The notes beneath the pieces are model-generated. The model was not told the DNA's origin. It ran no database searches and saw nothing but the letters and a program-made list of their open reading frames with translations. From the NCBI RefSeq assembly GCF_002105155.1, contig NW_019029015.1, positions 1 through 64,000 of the forward strand: a DNA stretch of 64,000 nucleotides, in the 5' to 3' direction. This DNA is from Lobosporangium transversale (lineage: Eukaryota). Made by a program: the position numbers and the translations under genes. Below, piece by piece: positions 21,082-33,564 of this stretch (position 1 is the stretch's first letter; every line of letters begins with the position of its first letter).

Positions 21082-21190
21082 TTTTGTTATTTTGGTACGC
21101 AGTACGAGTATGTCATACTAAATTTTCGTTATTTTAGTACGCAGTACTAGTATGTGATACTGGTACTGAAATACTAAAATCAATACGATG
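21082..21190. repeat. Imperfect ~41-bp tandem repeat with partial inverted copy; likely subterminal region of the MULE
   Basis: gttattttggtacgcagtacgagtatgtcatact and gttattttagtacgcagtactagtatgtgatact, then tactaaaat (reverse complement of attttagta). Confidence 0.55.
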
Positions 21191-21299
21191 TATGGAGAGC
21201 CTTTGTTACAGTGAGTATCTAAGAATTCGTTCATTGTTATAATTCTGGAAGATTGAAATTAAACAAAGCGGGACTGAAATACTCATAATGTGTGCCCTT

Positions 21300-22580
21300 T
21301 GTGCCAGACGTAGGGGCGTCTAGCAACACACTATTAACCAATTTAGCCAATCAAGGGTCATCCACTTCAAACAAGTTAATTGCTGCTATAAATGATATTG
21401 GCTCAACGATAATTGTAAACTCCTTCTTCCTTTGATTAACGACAATTCAAGCAAACGAAACCTCGACGGAACAGGCTCATTGTACTCCAATATCAAGTCT
21501 TTACTATATAGTAATCTATTCATTCTTTACGGCTCGACCGAAGGTTTCCCTGATGTCGACACTGGTTTTAATTCCTGCATCCCCTTTGTTAATACGCTTC
21601 AGAATTCTAGATTACTCATGGCATAGGTTACCAGATTCTTTATATCCCGGATCAGTGAGCGACCACACCAGGCCCTTGATTTCTTGCTTCCAAAGGCCTG
21701 CATCGGCACGTCCAATGACGTTCTCTATTATAGTGATCATTGGACGGAGACGACCACAGGACCAAGCATATAGCATCCATTGGCTAGGCGTCATTCTACC
21801 TTCGGACGAGTAAAAAGGGTAAATTGATGAGTATCAAATATAAAACATAAAGGCATTTTTGCTTACGTTCTTCAAGGGGTATACGAAAACCAAACTGCGA
21901 TTAACCGCCTATGAACGCAGGACACAGAACATTTGGTGAGATTATAAACAAGCGTGGATATCCCAGACATCAAGGACCTTTTCCTCCTAATCTTTCATCC
22001 GTCTAGCATGAATTGATGTGAGAGGGGATGATTCTGGCGAGATTGATGCCCTCAACAGCATGTAGCATTAATGTACCGAGAACTATTAATATACTGACGA
22101 CACAATCCAATATCGTATCACATTTTACCGGTCAAGCGCGTGGCAGCCTTGGCCAAATTCTTGATGTTTTTTTATTCCATGTCTCTGGACGCCTAGAGAT
22201 TCAAGACGCGCCGCCTTCACATACAACTAATATGATCTCATTGGCCACAGGTTGCCATCCCGTGCACGCGCACCATGGGACATTTATGTCTTTAGAGTGG
22301 AGCTGTCATCCTAGCTCCCGGTAAACGTTTTGGCGCCCTGGATGATGATAATTGATAGGTCTTCCGCAAATGGCAAGCATCCAGATGACAAAGCATACGA
22401 GAAAGGATAATTTCCAATACCAGCTGTCCTGGTGATAATAATATGATTTTGGGTCTCATCATCAGACTCTCACTGGGTTCTCCACAGGATTCTTCATCTC
22501 TATCCGTTTTTACAAAACTCTTTGATAATAGTATCACAAAATCCTGCCTTTTCTTGCACACAAGATCGCACAATGATCAC
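21300..22580 (-). pseudogene. Degenerate coding remnant, possibly the C-terminal domain of another CRN-like family
   Basis: Protein-like fragments GRLRPMITIIENVI...W..EI..LV..LTDP...GNLC and TIIVEPISFIAAINLFEVDDP broken by stops; family assignment is from recollection only. Confidence 0.35.
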
Positions 22581-22774
22581 AGCTTTATAAAGTTCTAAAT
22601 GCCCCAGTAGAAGGGAGGACGGATTAAACCGCTCTATTTATTCGTCTAGAAGGTAAGTGGATAATGATGGCTTCATTCATAAAGAATGAACCATTGTAAA
22701 AATTTCTCAAGGAACGGGTATAATGCTTTTTTTTAAAAAAAGACAAAGTTTCATCCACTTGATTGCTATTCGAT

Positions 22775-25190
22775 TTAATTCTTCAGATTCGTACCGGCTG
22801 ATCCTCCTGAATATGCAGCTTCGATGTCGATTTTTATGACACGCTGTCTTACATGTTTTGAGCATTTATATAGATTCTGGACGACCGTATTTCTGGTGGT
22901 AAGAAAGTTCTGAACCTTAAAATCGTCATATACGTCTCCTGGCACCACAAAATAGAGGAGAATAGTATCATCACTTCCCTTCGACTTTGATTGCTCTCCC
23001 TTCAAGCAGGGTCCAGTAATACAATCAATTATCTCCTTGAATGGTGCTTGCTTGATCGGATGCTTCTCTGATACTGTGACCTGAAATAGCTCGTTGGGTC
23101 CCAATGCAAAATCAATGCACGGAAATTTAGAATGTTCTGGTACAAACAACTTGCCAGCTGCTTGAGTGAGCCCTGATAATTCCTCTGAAGTCCGGATAAA
23201 CACCTCTTCTGGATTTGCTGGAAAATCAAGAAATCCTGTTTCGCCTGACTGGAGATCCCTAAAGGGAAATCTAATATCACCACGTCGAAATAAGTGATGA
23301 GCATAGATTCAAACAGTGGGCCTTTATCTATATCCTCTCCGCCTTTGACAAGTTCGCCAACACATCGACCCACGTGTCATCTTTCATTTTGTCCATAATC
23401 TTGATTCAACCCAACGAGATGCCCATACCAGGTGAAGTGAGGTGGTCAGAAGTGGGGACTCTATGGAGTAAACAACTAAATCCACTCGCATCTTTTCCTC
23501 GTGCAAAGAGGCTTAGAAGATCTGCTGGGTTCCGGAGTGTTCAATGGCATTTGACGCGGAAAACGCAGCTGCTTTAGCACGCTCAGTATTTCCTTGATTC
23601 TTGGATAGTACATTGGCTGGACCTGTAGACCTGTCTTGGCACGCCCCCCAAGTTGTAAAAAAGCTCCTCCAAAAATGCTTCATCACTACATGAAAAAACT
23701 TTACACTGGCTCTACATTCCTTAAGCTCATCCAGACTCCAGAGTGACATGTGATAGTAGCTATTTGGTGTATTTTCCTTGGTGATTCATCGTATTGCCCA
23801 TAGAGAGTTTTGGCGATGCTGAAAATATCGTCCTGGCTTTACCTGGTTGAGGATTTTACCACTATCAACTAAATACCACGTTTCAGGTTGGTCAAGGAAA
23901 TCTTCGAAATCGTATATTCCCTTAACGTTTGGCAAGTTGTTCCTCCATAGCATAACATTCGGTATTCTTCTTTTCATGGAAAACAATAATCGGTGGATTC
24001 TCCTCGTCATGCTCTGCAAGGAGGCGGATGGCAAAATAGACCAAAAAGGCTGACTTCCCAATTCCAGGCGTTCCAGTGACAAAGAGTCGGTTCAAACTAG
24101 CTCATGAGGGGTACTGAATTAGATGTAATATGGTCATAAAGCTTTTTATATTCATCTCTGATATAAAGATGCCTTGTTCCGGCAACAGGGAAGATACAAC
24201 CCTCAGGAGCAGTCAATAGTTTGGAATCCTTGATACCACCAGAATTTCGGAGCTCGCAAGCCACGCTAACAATGCTGTAGTAAATACTATCTCCTGATAA
24301 CTCCTCCCCCATGTACGAAAGCACCTTGACCCTCTCTTTCGAGTTTAGAGGCGAGATTACAGGCCTATCATTCACTATCCCTTTCGTTACAAGCCCTGCT
24401 TCTGTAATCGCATCCCTAAGAGCACTTCTACTACTTATACTTGGACGAGCTTTTTTAGAGGGTGACTCTGATAAAGGAGATAGAGTGATCAAAGTTAATA
24501 TTCTTGATTTATTGCACATCACTCTAAAATGATCAATAACCAGGTTCTCGGCCAAAAGCACTCACCAGAATCTTCATCTTGTTTTCTTTTCTGAGCTAAG
24601 TATCAAAAGCGAATAATGAGAAAGAACGTTGAGTTATCAAGACACAAACCAAATGGTGATATCACGTGGTGTTGGGCATGAAAATAAGCAAACAAGCTTC
24701 ATCAATTGAAAATATCAACAACAACCATCAGTCCATCAAGAGCTAAATACATACCTCGCTGTGGTGGCTTGACAATAACATGAATAGTTTCCTCTGGAAG
24801 TTCGGAAATAAATATGTCCCCAAGCTTCCTTGATGCGACTGTAAGAGCCTCTTTTGACTCGATTTCTGACTCAAAGATGGCTTCGCCTTTGTCAGGGATG
24901 GAAACCTTGTAGAGGGTGAGCTGGTCAGCGTCAATATCCTTAAATGCATTGGCTTTCTCTGCTTTGATGGCTTGCTTGAGTTCGCCGACTGAACGATCAG
25001 AAGGAATATTTACAGGAAAACATGAAGCTTCTCCATCAACAATACAAAAAATCTTTAGCTCGGTTGGCTCGAGGATTTTAGGGTCATTGGTGCTTGAAGA
25101 CTCTTCCTTCGCTTCCCCTTTTCTTTCTTTCTTTTCATACGGTTCAGTTCGAGGTGATGGGCATCGTGATGGTGTTCTGCTGCTTCCCAT
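22775..25190 (-). pseudogene. Second Crinkler (CRN) paralogue with multiple frameshifts
   Basis: Long stretches near-identical to 5712-7960, including both introns and the 3' flank; ATG at 25190 (MGSSRTP), header LKIFCIVDGEASCFPV...IHVIVKPP; many small deletions within ~23300-24130. Confidence 0.85.
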
Positions 25191-27191
25191 TGTGTTTTCA
25201 AACCTGTTTAAAAACAAGGGCGTAAATAGACGGAGAACAGAAAATAGGGAAAGGTTGATAAAAATGCTAAAGGATGATAATTCAGTAGCAGGATGGTTCA
25301 AAATTGTCTAGAGATGAAGTTGAGGGAGGAAAAGAAAAAAAGAAAAAAAAAAAAGGAAAGGAAAGGAAAGGAAAGGAAAGGCAATGAATGAAGGCTTGGA
25401 ATAAATAAAAGAGCAAAATTGATGGGAGCAAAACTGGGGTGAAATAAGAAAAAAGTGAAAAGAGGATAAAGGAAGAAAAGGAAGAGGAGAGTGCAAAAAT
25501 GAAGTGAAGCAAGTTAAAGAAAGGAGCGACAATTGATAAATTTGTCAAGGTTGGGCTATGCTGTGTGTGTGAGAAAATTTTTTTCTTGTTCCACAAGACG
25601 CCATGCGATTAAAGATTAAATTGGCCCCAAGTGTGACGTAACATCCTATATATTGGAACGAAAGGGTGTCTGCACGTGCCGAAATGTGACTGCCATGAAG
25701 GCAAAGTGGCTGCTACAGAGAGTGGCTTTGGCCCCAATATGGCTCCCTGGGTGGAAATAAAGAGGTATCTTATTTGTAAATGAAAAGAGAAAATAAAGGG
25801 TAGTGCTCTCTTCATTGCAAATGTCGACACCAAAAAATTTTTGCTCAAAAAAATTTGACCTCTACTCTGAGTACGGTATACCATTCACACAATGTCAACA
25901 ATATACGATGCGAGAGTATATACATATTATGGGCCTGAACTCTTAGCGTACTTTACCACTCTACACCTTCTTCTATCACATTCCTTGCTTTCACACACTT
26001 TACCTTCACATATCTTTCACTCTTCATTTGAAAAGAAAAAAAAAAGATATGTTCCATACATTCATCTGTCAGACCTTCGCCACCTGCCAAATGGGTCATC
26101 AAAGCATGGCAAGTCCGGTGAGACGGAGGTTTGAAGAGAGCTTACAAGGAGGAGAACAGGTGAAGGAATATGACTGGGCTTATAGGCCAATCGGCTCTGC
26201 CCTGCTTGCATTGCTTGAATAGGAGATGGAAAAAGGGGAAGAAAGGAAAAATGAGGTAGAAAGGTTTAAGACTGCAGCCGAACTTCGATGTAGTGCTTGC
26301 TTGACGTAGGTTGCTCTTGCAGCAAGGATGTGTTTGTCCTATTCTAAGGATAGCCAGGCTCAAGTCCTTGGTCTAACGGCACTCACTCCACCGAGTTGAT
26401 CTCCAGCAGCCGTCCCGCATACCTCCACATGAACAACTGTTCGCTCTCTTTCAATCCCACAATCTCCCTCACAAAAAGAGGACAAGGGACCTACGTACTA
26501 TACTGATGCATTGTCTATAATAGAGGTAGCTAAATAGCCAAGTAATGATCATAAAAGAGTACCTCCTACACTACAAAAGTAATGCTAGAAAGCCTATCTA
26601 AAACTATGGGAATGATAATTTACATTACGTAGTTCTTCTGCGAGGAACAATCTAGTGTAACAGTTAAATTCTAGCATTTTCGCTTGCATACCCGCCATGC
26701 TAAAATGCTTAACTTTATTTTTGTTATTGCATTAGGTGAGGAGAATATCGGTTTATTTCCGAAGGGACTACATCTATATAATTCACGTTTATCCACTGTT
26801 CTCTACTTTTGCCACTATTACATTTATTTTTATTTTATTTTATTTTATTTTATTTTTGGATTTTATTATCTATATTAGTTAAAGATCCCTCTCAATGCTA
26901 CGCCTCATGGCATGTAGCCTGTGCAGCAGCGACAGACATGGCAAGAGACTATGCCCTCAGAATGTAAGGAATGTGGTAAGGCCTTCTTATCTTTTTGTTT
27001 TTATGTTTTTGGAATATATAAACATTAATAATATTTTCCCAACTGATAAAGACAGAACGATTTTCCCCAATCGCCTCGCTCCCCCTTCCATTCTACGTCT
27101 GTATGTGGGTGCAGTCGTCCAGGCCATGTGCGCAGCTCATACCCAAATAATGAAGAATGAGTGATTTCGGTATTTAACAATCGTAGAAAAC

Positions 27192-27245
27192 TTTTATTTT
27201 ATTTTATTTTATTTTATTTTATTTTATTTTATTTTATTTTATTTT
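27192..27245. repeat. (TTTTA)n microsatellite
   Basis: Direct reading; a shorter copy lies at ~26828-26855. Confidence 0.9.
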
Positions 27246-28023
27246 TGACATGGTAGTGGTTGGTGCATGCTGAGCTTAAGCTTATATACCTTCTATAACT
27301 TGAATAACGCTGCCAGCAACGATGTGCAGAATGTTGGGTCAATTCGAAGGCAAAGGTTCCTATTTTATATTCATTAGATTTTGTCATTCTTTTTTTAACC
27401 CTCCATCATTATTACTTACCTGCAGGGCGAGCACCGTCAACCAGCTCCTACAGTGTATAAATGCAGTATCTGCAGTTGCCTAGGAGTAGATGTAGACCAT
27501 GCTCAAGTAATAAAGGGTGAGTTTGATTTTCAACGGTTTGATTTTTTCGTCTCAGCAATAGACTATTAATCCTTAGTTTTTTCCTGTTTACTGCTTGCTT
27601 TAATAGCGTTGTTAGTAACTCAGTGCAAAATGGCGCTAGGCCTGTGTGCACACGAAGTATTGTTTTGAAGATGGTGGAGATGAAAATGAAAGACCCGTGC
27701 AAAGACAAGGGTGTGCTACTTTTTGTTCGGTTTTTTATTGGCTTATTATACTGTATTATACATTGCGTGTACTTAATCTTACACAATTACCATTTACCAT
27801 TTACCATTTACCATTGACCTTCAGAATACACGAGCGTAAAGGTGATCCTTCTGTTGAGGATGCTCCTTCTACCGAAGATAATTCCTTTGCCGAAGACAAC
27901 TTTCTACCACCCGCTAGAAAAAGGTTTCAGCAAGATTTCGTTTCGGGCTCCAAACAGGTAAATTATTCTAGGAAGATGTCCACTATTGCCTATTCTAATA
28001 CCTATCGTCCTGCCAATTCATCT

Positions 28024-28340
28024 TGTTGCATGTATCACAGCTAGGAAAAAAAAAAAAAAAAAAAAAAAAAAAACCAGGTAAAAAACCATTGTCCAAGCAA
28101 GATTAATACGCTAAAAAAGATTAGCAGTGGCAATAACGCACCACACATCGACACGAGAAATCTTTGACATGAGGCTTTTAGAATGAGCCTTTGTCATTTT
28201 ATAGATACGTTACGTAGTTGACTGGTACAAGTCAGTCCCTTTACCAGAAAATGAATAAATACCCCATGGGTGTGGTGTGTGGACCCACATCTTATTCTCA
28301 CTTACTTTTCTACTGCTTACTATTTACAAAATATTTTTCA
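28024..28340 (+). mobile_element. Solo LTR, family B
   Basis: Starts tgttgca, ends aaaatatttttca; internal sequence similar to 49341-49651; no clear TSD. Confidence 0.8.
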
Positions 28341-28828
28341 CGCTCTATTCCGCTCTACAATCACCCGAAAGAAAGTCCGGTCAAAGTGGGGTTATTTATT
28401 TTTTTTTATTTTGAATCTCTGACAAACAGTTCATTTGTGACATACACAACCTATAAATCGTTTGTAATTCTTTATTTACTCCGAGAATCGCATAAATAAT
28501 ATCAACATCTATTCTGGGATACGTACGACTTTGATAAGATAAATATTCTGGTCAATATTTGATGCTTGGGGTATCGAGCTTGTGTCGTGGAAGGCTTCCT
28601 GGTAGTAGTATTTAAGACTGAAGTAAGATCTCCGTGCAAATAATTTTTTTTTTTTTATTTAACGGGGGGAGCAGTGTAACTAAGGTATGTACGGGGCCGT
28701 GCAAATATCTTTTTCCAAATAAGTTCTTCAGGTTTATCTTTTTGGAACAAATGCATCCTTTTTATTATTACTATTTCATGTCTAATGCTTTTCTATCAAA
28801 TCTATTGCTTAACTCCTTTTTTTTACTT

Positions 28829-29647
28829 CTACTGAAGAGCATTATACACGTTCCTATAAATTGCTAGGCGATCTACGATTGTATCAGCGCCTCCATTGAT
28901 ACATGTAGTCTCCCATGCGACGAAGCTACTATTAGAGTCTGATAGACGCGATGCAACTCTAGAGCAGCCAGGACCAGAGACCGTCCACCAAGCACCAGGT
29001 TCAAAATCTAAGTTTGCTTTGACCAACACGTCGGCGATCTCAGTCTCGTTAACATTCATTGGGTAGTCAGGCCAAAGGTCCTGTACATCTTTGTTGGCAT
29101 CAACAAAAGTCCTTAAGGATACAGCGGGGAGAATAGATCGCGCTATTTAATTTATTGTTAAAGGGAATTAGAACCTTTAGTTGTTTTTTTTTTTTTTTTT
29201 CTTCAAAAATTATGAATAAATATGATTAACGCTGTAAATGAAAGCTTACTTCCTTGACTACGAATCACGATGTTGTAGTTGTATCTGAGATAAGCACCTT
29301 CATAGGCCATGTTTGCAATATAGGCAGCACGTTGACCTCTTGTTCTCAATCCATATCTGGTTAAAAAAAAAAAAAGTTAAAAAAGGAATGCATGAAACAT
29401 TGGAGACAGATAGGGGAGATAATGTTGCAGCTTACTTTTGAATAGCTTGATTGATATAAGGAAGAGCGTCTTCACAGGTGATTGTTTCGTCGTTTGTTTC
29501 ACTAGGGCAATTTCCTGCAAATGCTTCCTGAAGATGAGCAATGGACACTGCAATAGAGGTGTCAGGTACTGCAGAGATTGACCAGGGGAAGGAAAGTGCG
29601 ATTTGCAGTACAAGGTACAAAGTAGGAAAGAAGGTCTTCATGAGCAT
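28829..29647 (-). CDS. Secreted lysozyme-fold / GH19-like protein; exons 29647-29436, 29356-29250, 29142-28829
   Basis: Hydrophobic N-terminus; spliced product CEDALPYINQAIQKYGLRTRGQRAAYIANMAYEGAYLRYN...QGTRSI...FEPGAWW...CING...DRLAIY follows the GH19-like pattern. Confidence 0.65.
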
Positions 29648-30030
29648 GCTTGTAGAAATTGTTATTGCTAAAATAAGTAAGAAAAATACGTTTTTTTAAT
29701 AAAATTAGTTAGAAACATCACATCACGTCCCCATTTTATATGCCTTTAAAGGCTGTGTCAGTAGTATTGTTACCAATAAAAGCAACCTCGTTTATTTCGA
29801 GATCTTGCTATTTTAGTCCAAACAAAGACAGGGGCTGAAAGAGAGGGGAAATTCCATGCAGCAAAACCATAACATTGGAATGCTTGAGATCTGTGGTCGG
29901 TCGGCTGTGCACTGAGCCGGCTTTGATTAGCCACGGGCCACCTGACATTCGCCGAATTTAATTGTGGTCTATTGATAATTTTATTCTTCCAACCATTCAC
30001 TTTTACCTCACCCCCAAATTCAATAAAAAT

Positions 30031-30513
30031 ATGTTCGGGAAGCTAGTTCATTATGCTGCAGATGCCATCCTTCTCTCGGCTGTGCTCGCTGGTATCAAGA
30101 GAAGCACTGTAAGTTGCATTCACCTAAGTTTAGCTTGACATTTGACATTTGACATTTGACATTTGACATTTGAGGAACTGACAATGCAATTAGTATTAAC
30201 ACGCCTTTGCATTATGTTTCTTTAGGGCTTGACGTAAGAAAAAGCGACCAAGAATGATTAATAACAACAGCAATTAGCGACAGGTTATCTCTTTCAGTTC
30301 CATCCGTGCATTTACAGAAGATCGCTAACGATTTTTTTTTTTTTTATATAATACTGAAACTACTGTACTGCGGGATATAGTGTGGCAAGGAACAAGATTG
30401 AGAACAAGGATGTCCGCTCGGCTGTCGACAAATATCTGGGTATTGGAGAATGGGTCATGGATCAAGGAATCAGTTTCATGTCCTCATCAAAGTACTTTGA
30501 GCGCAAGCGGTAA
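30031..30513 (+). CDS. Small DUF1748-family fungal protein (~72 aa); exons 30031-30108, 30226-30233, 30382-30513
   Basis: MFGKLVHYAADAILLSAVLAGIKRSTGLT...VDKYLGIGEWVMD...SSSKYFERKR; GT-AG introns with an 8-nt micro-exon. Confidence 0.8.
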
Positions 30514-30739
30514 CTCTTCAGCGAAAGAAAGGATAGACCAGAACTGTAGTAGACGGACGATGATAAAATCGCAAGAAAACGTTTGATAGGACTATCTTCA
30601 AATTAAAACAATAATTATATAGTAATAAAAGAAAGGAAATCATATTTTGTCTGCAGGTTTTGACGTATATCACGTGCATTCCAAGCATGGTCTATGTCAG
30701 CTTTCTTCAAAATAGCTCATAATTCTTTATTCATCTTGA

Positions 30740-32252
30740 ATGGAGTCTCGTGAAGAATCGAATACTCAACAGCATGAGCCAGCCATTCCAGCACCTCCGT
30801 CGGTTCAGGAGCGTAGAATGCAACTTGAAGCATTTCAAGCAGGTTAGCTATTGATAAAGTAATAAAAAATTCAACAACGAAAACCAAGTGTTCAGCTGAA
30901 AAGAGTCTAACACAAGAAAGTTTTGCGACCATAGAGCGCGCATTAAACAAATCTATGCGTGCATCTGTACGAGGCAACAACAGCCGAACTGGATTTCATT
31001 CTTTACAGTCTTTGAATCGATCCATTTTCCGTCCGACAAAATCTGTCAGTAGCAATTATAGTAAATCAATATTATCAGCAGGTATTGACCAGTCTAAGAA
31101 GGAAAATGTTATCAGGAATGAAAACACCAGTAATGATCAAGAAGAAGAAGCTGGTGTGCAAGAGTTCAACACTCGAAGGATCGTTCAGCATTTTGATACA
31201 TTATCCAAAGCGAGCCAACCTACTAATAATCTGTTGGGTGTACGACGGCACCTTGGAACATCAACCCATCGAGTCGAGAAGAAGCTCTCGTCTACGTCTA
31301 CACATGCCCTATCAAAGACATTACGGACAGCAAATCAAAATAACCTAAATGAAAAAACTCTGGATGTAACGAATAATGTTGGCTCCTACGATTTGAATAA
31401 GGCCGCTCAAGAGACACTTGAAACGTCCGGGACTAGTATTGATAAGCCTAACATTGAGGTCGATCTATCGGGAAGATCCGTATTCCTTGACACAACCAGT
31501 ACGCGTCAAGACCGACCATCCGCAGTCTTGACTCCAACAAAACGGAAAGAAGCCCTTTATCTTTCTCAAGCACGACTCTTGCAATGGCACATGATGAACA
31601 AGCAGGCAGCGATGCACTTTCAAAAACAAGAGGAGTCCGCTACAGTAAGAACCTTTGCTTTGATTAGTTGGGTACGGGTTTTAGATGTAACGTTCCATTA
31701 CTTAGTGAGACTTAATACAAACTTGTATTTCCCTTTTATATATATTTGGGGTTTTAGGCGCAATTTGAATTGGTTGGACGTTCACTTCTGAAGAAGAAGG
31801 AAAGGTTACTTGAGCTTCAGAACAGATTTGAGGTTGAGAAAGAATTAGTGGATCTTGAGTCAACACTGGGTTATCAGGTATGACTCTATATTCAGGTGTA
31901 TGAGACATTATATCTGGTTAAGCTCGTACGCTTCCTCATCATGTTGCTTTCTTACCTCGATACCCCACTATAGAGAGATCAACTACTTGCCGTCACTGCA
32001 AATCTGAAGTCTTTTAAGGACCGTTATGAGATTTTCTCCGCTGCGTTTGACAACGAGAGTAATGTTTTTTATATCCCTGGGATCGACGATAGTAATCTCA
32101 AGGAATGGCTAGGGCAGATCTTGGAGTGCCGAGCAGTGTTGAATAACTTTAATGAACGCTCAAAAGATGAAAGAGAATTGGTATGATATCAGCCGATGAA
32201 ACATTAATCCTTTTATGTTATTCGAAGGTTTTTTTTATTATGCATTAATAAT

Positions 32253-32283
<31 letters not shown>

Positions 32284-32462
32284 CTTTCTTCCATCCTACA
32301 CAATAAATATAGATTCACGGGATTTCTCAAGTCATGACTCAACTATGTGATATTGTTAAACAGGAAATTCAGGAACTGATGGAGTGTATTGCATTGATGA
32401 GTAAAGTGCGTGAAGCAGAATCCCTTGAAAGTAGTTTGGTAGCTTCGTCTTCGGTATCATGA
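30740..32462 (+). CDS. Coiled-coil protein, HAUS8/QWRF augmin-subunit-like (multi-exon)
   Basis: Disordered S/T-rich N-terminus, then YLSQARLLQWHMMN followed by coiled-coil exons; introns at ~31645-31758, 31878-31972, 32181-32312; apparent 1-bp frameshift near 30841. Confidence 0.5.
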
Positions 32463-33111
32463 TTATATTCAGAGGCCTTCATCCGTGCCATTAGCCAGTC
32501 GTGTTTTCGAATACAAAGGCCGCATTGACTGCGCCCAACCGGATTGCCTTATACCATGAGCATATGCGTTGATTCTTCGCGTTCGCCGTTTTTTATAGAG
32601 CTTAGCACTACATATTAGCTTCCCTCCACAGGACACTTTAAAGGCAATATAATCAATGCCGCGTAGCTTGGCTATGGAAATCTAGAGTACAAGCCATAAA
32701 AGAAAAATAATACAAAAGTATCGAAAAAGATGTATATTATATATATATAAAAAAATCGGCGTATACAAGTCAATCAGGAGAGCTGAATGCTACATTGGTC
32801 AGGATAATGCATAGGCATCATACTTCAGTTGTCTCAAGATCTATCAAAGGCCGCAATTTCCTATTCCTTAGTTCAAACGGCAGGATGAATCTGATTCTTA
32901 TATTCATGAAGATTTTTGTAGAAGATCTTTGTACATTTTTTTTTCCTGTGAGTGATATCTTTTTTTGTAATAAATAAGATGAAGCAATGTTAAGATGAAG
33001 CTATAGTACAAGTTTATTGATACAGGCGACAAAGAATTTTTGGATGGGGTGTAAAATTATGAATTAAGATTAAGATGTAGATATGGTTCTTTTTTTTTTT
33101 TCTTTTTTTTC

Positions 33112-33533
33112 TCAGTTCACTTGACTTTGAGTTCTTGATAGCAACAGTGCCTCCCGTTCTCCTCTTTCTTCAGAGATGAGTGCCGACGCTGCAACAGCGG
33201 CGGGGGTACATGGGGCTGCAGAATGGATTGCTACTTCTTTCTGGCGCTCTGCCTCCTCGTTCTGCTCACTTAATGCTACGCCATTAACACCAAAAAAGCC
33301 TGCCAAGACTAGTCCTGCACCAATCCAGTACGCAGCACCTAGTACACGCCCATAGCCCAGTACATCCCCAAGCAACGCCAAGGGAATGGTGAGGGACAGA
33401 CCAAGCGTAACAACAAGGGGAGAGGTCATGAGCATGCTAAGTAGCCAGAGATAATCAGATCTATAGTCGAGAGAAAATGTAATTAATAAGTTAAACCAAA
33501 CTGAAATATCGACAAAAAAAACCCCAGATCTCC

Positions 33534-33564
<31 letters not shown>

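Noticed and set aside
8400..21220. Defined TIR pair and TSD for the MULE
   Set aside because: No convincing reverse-complement match between the left and right ends could be found by eye, so element boundaries are left undefined.
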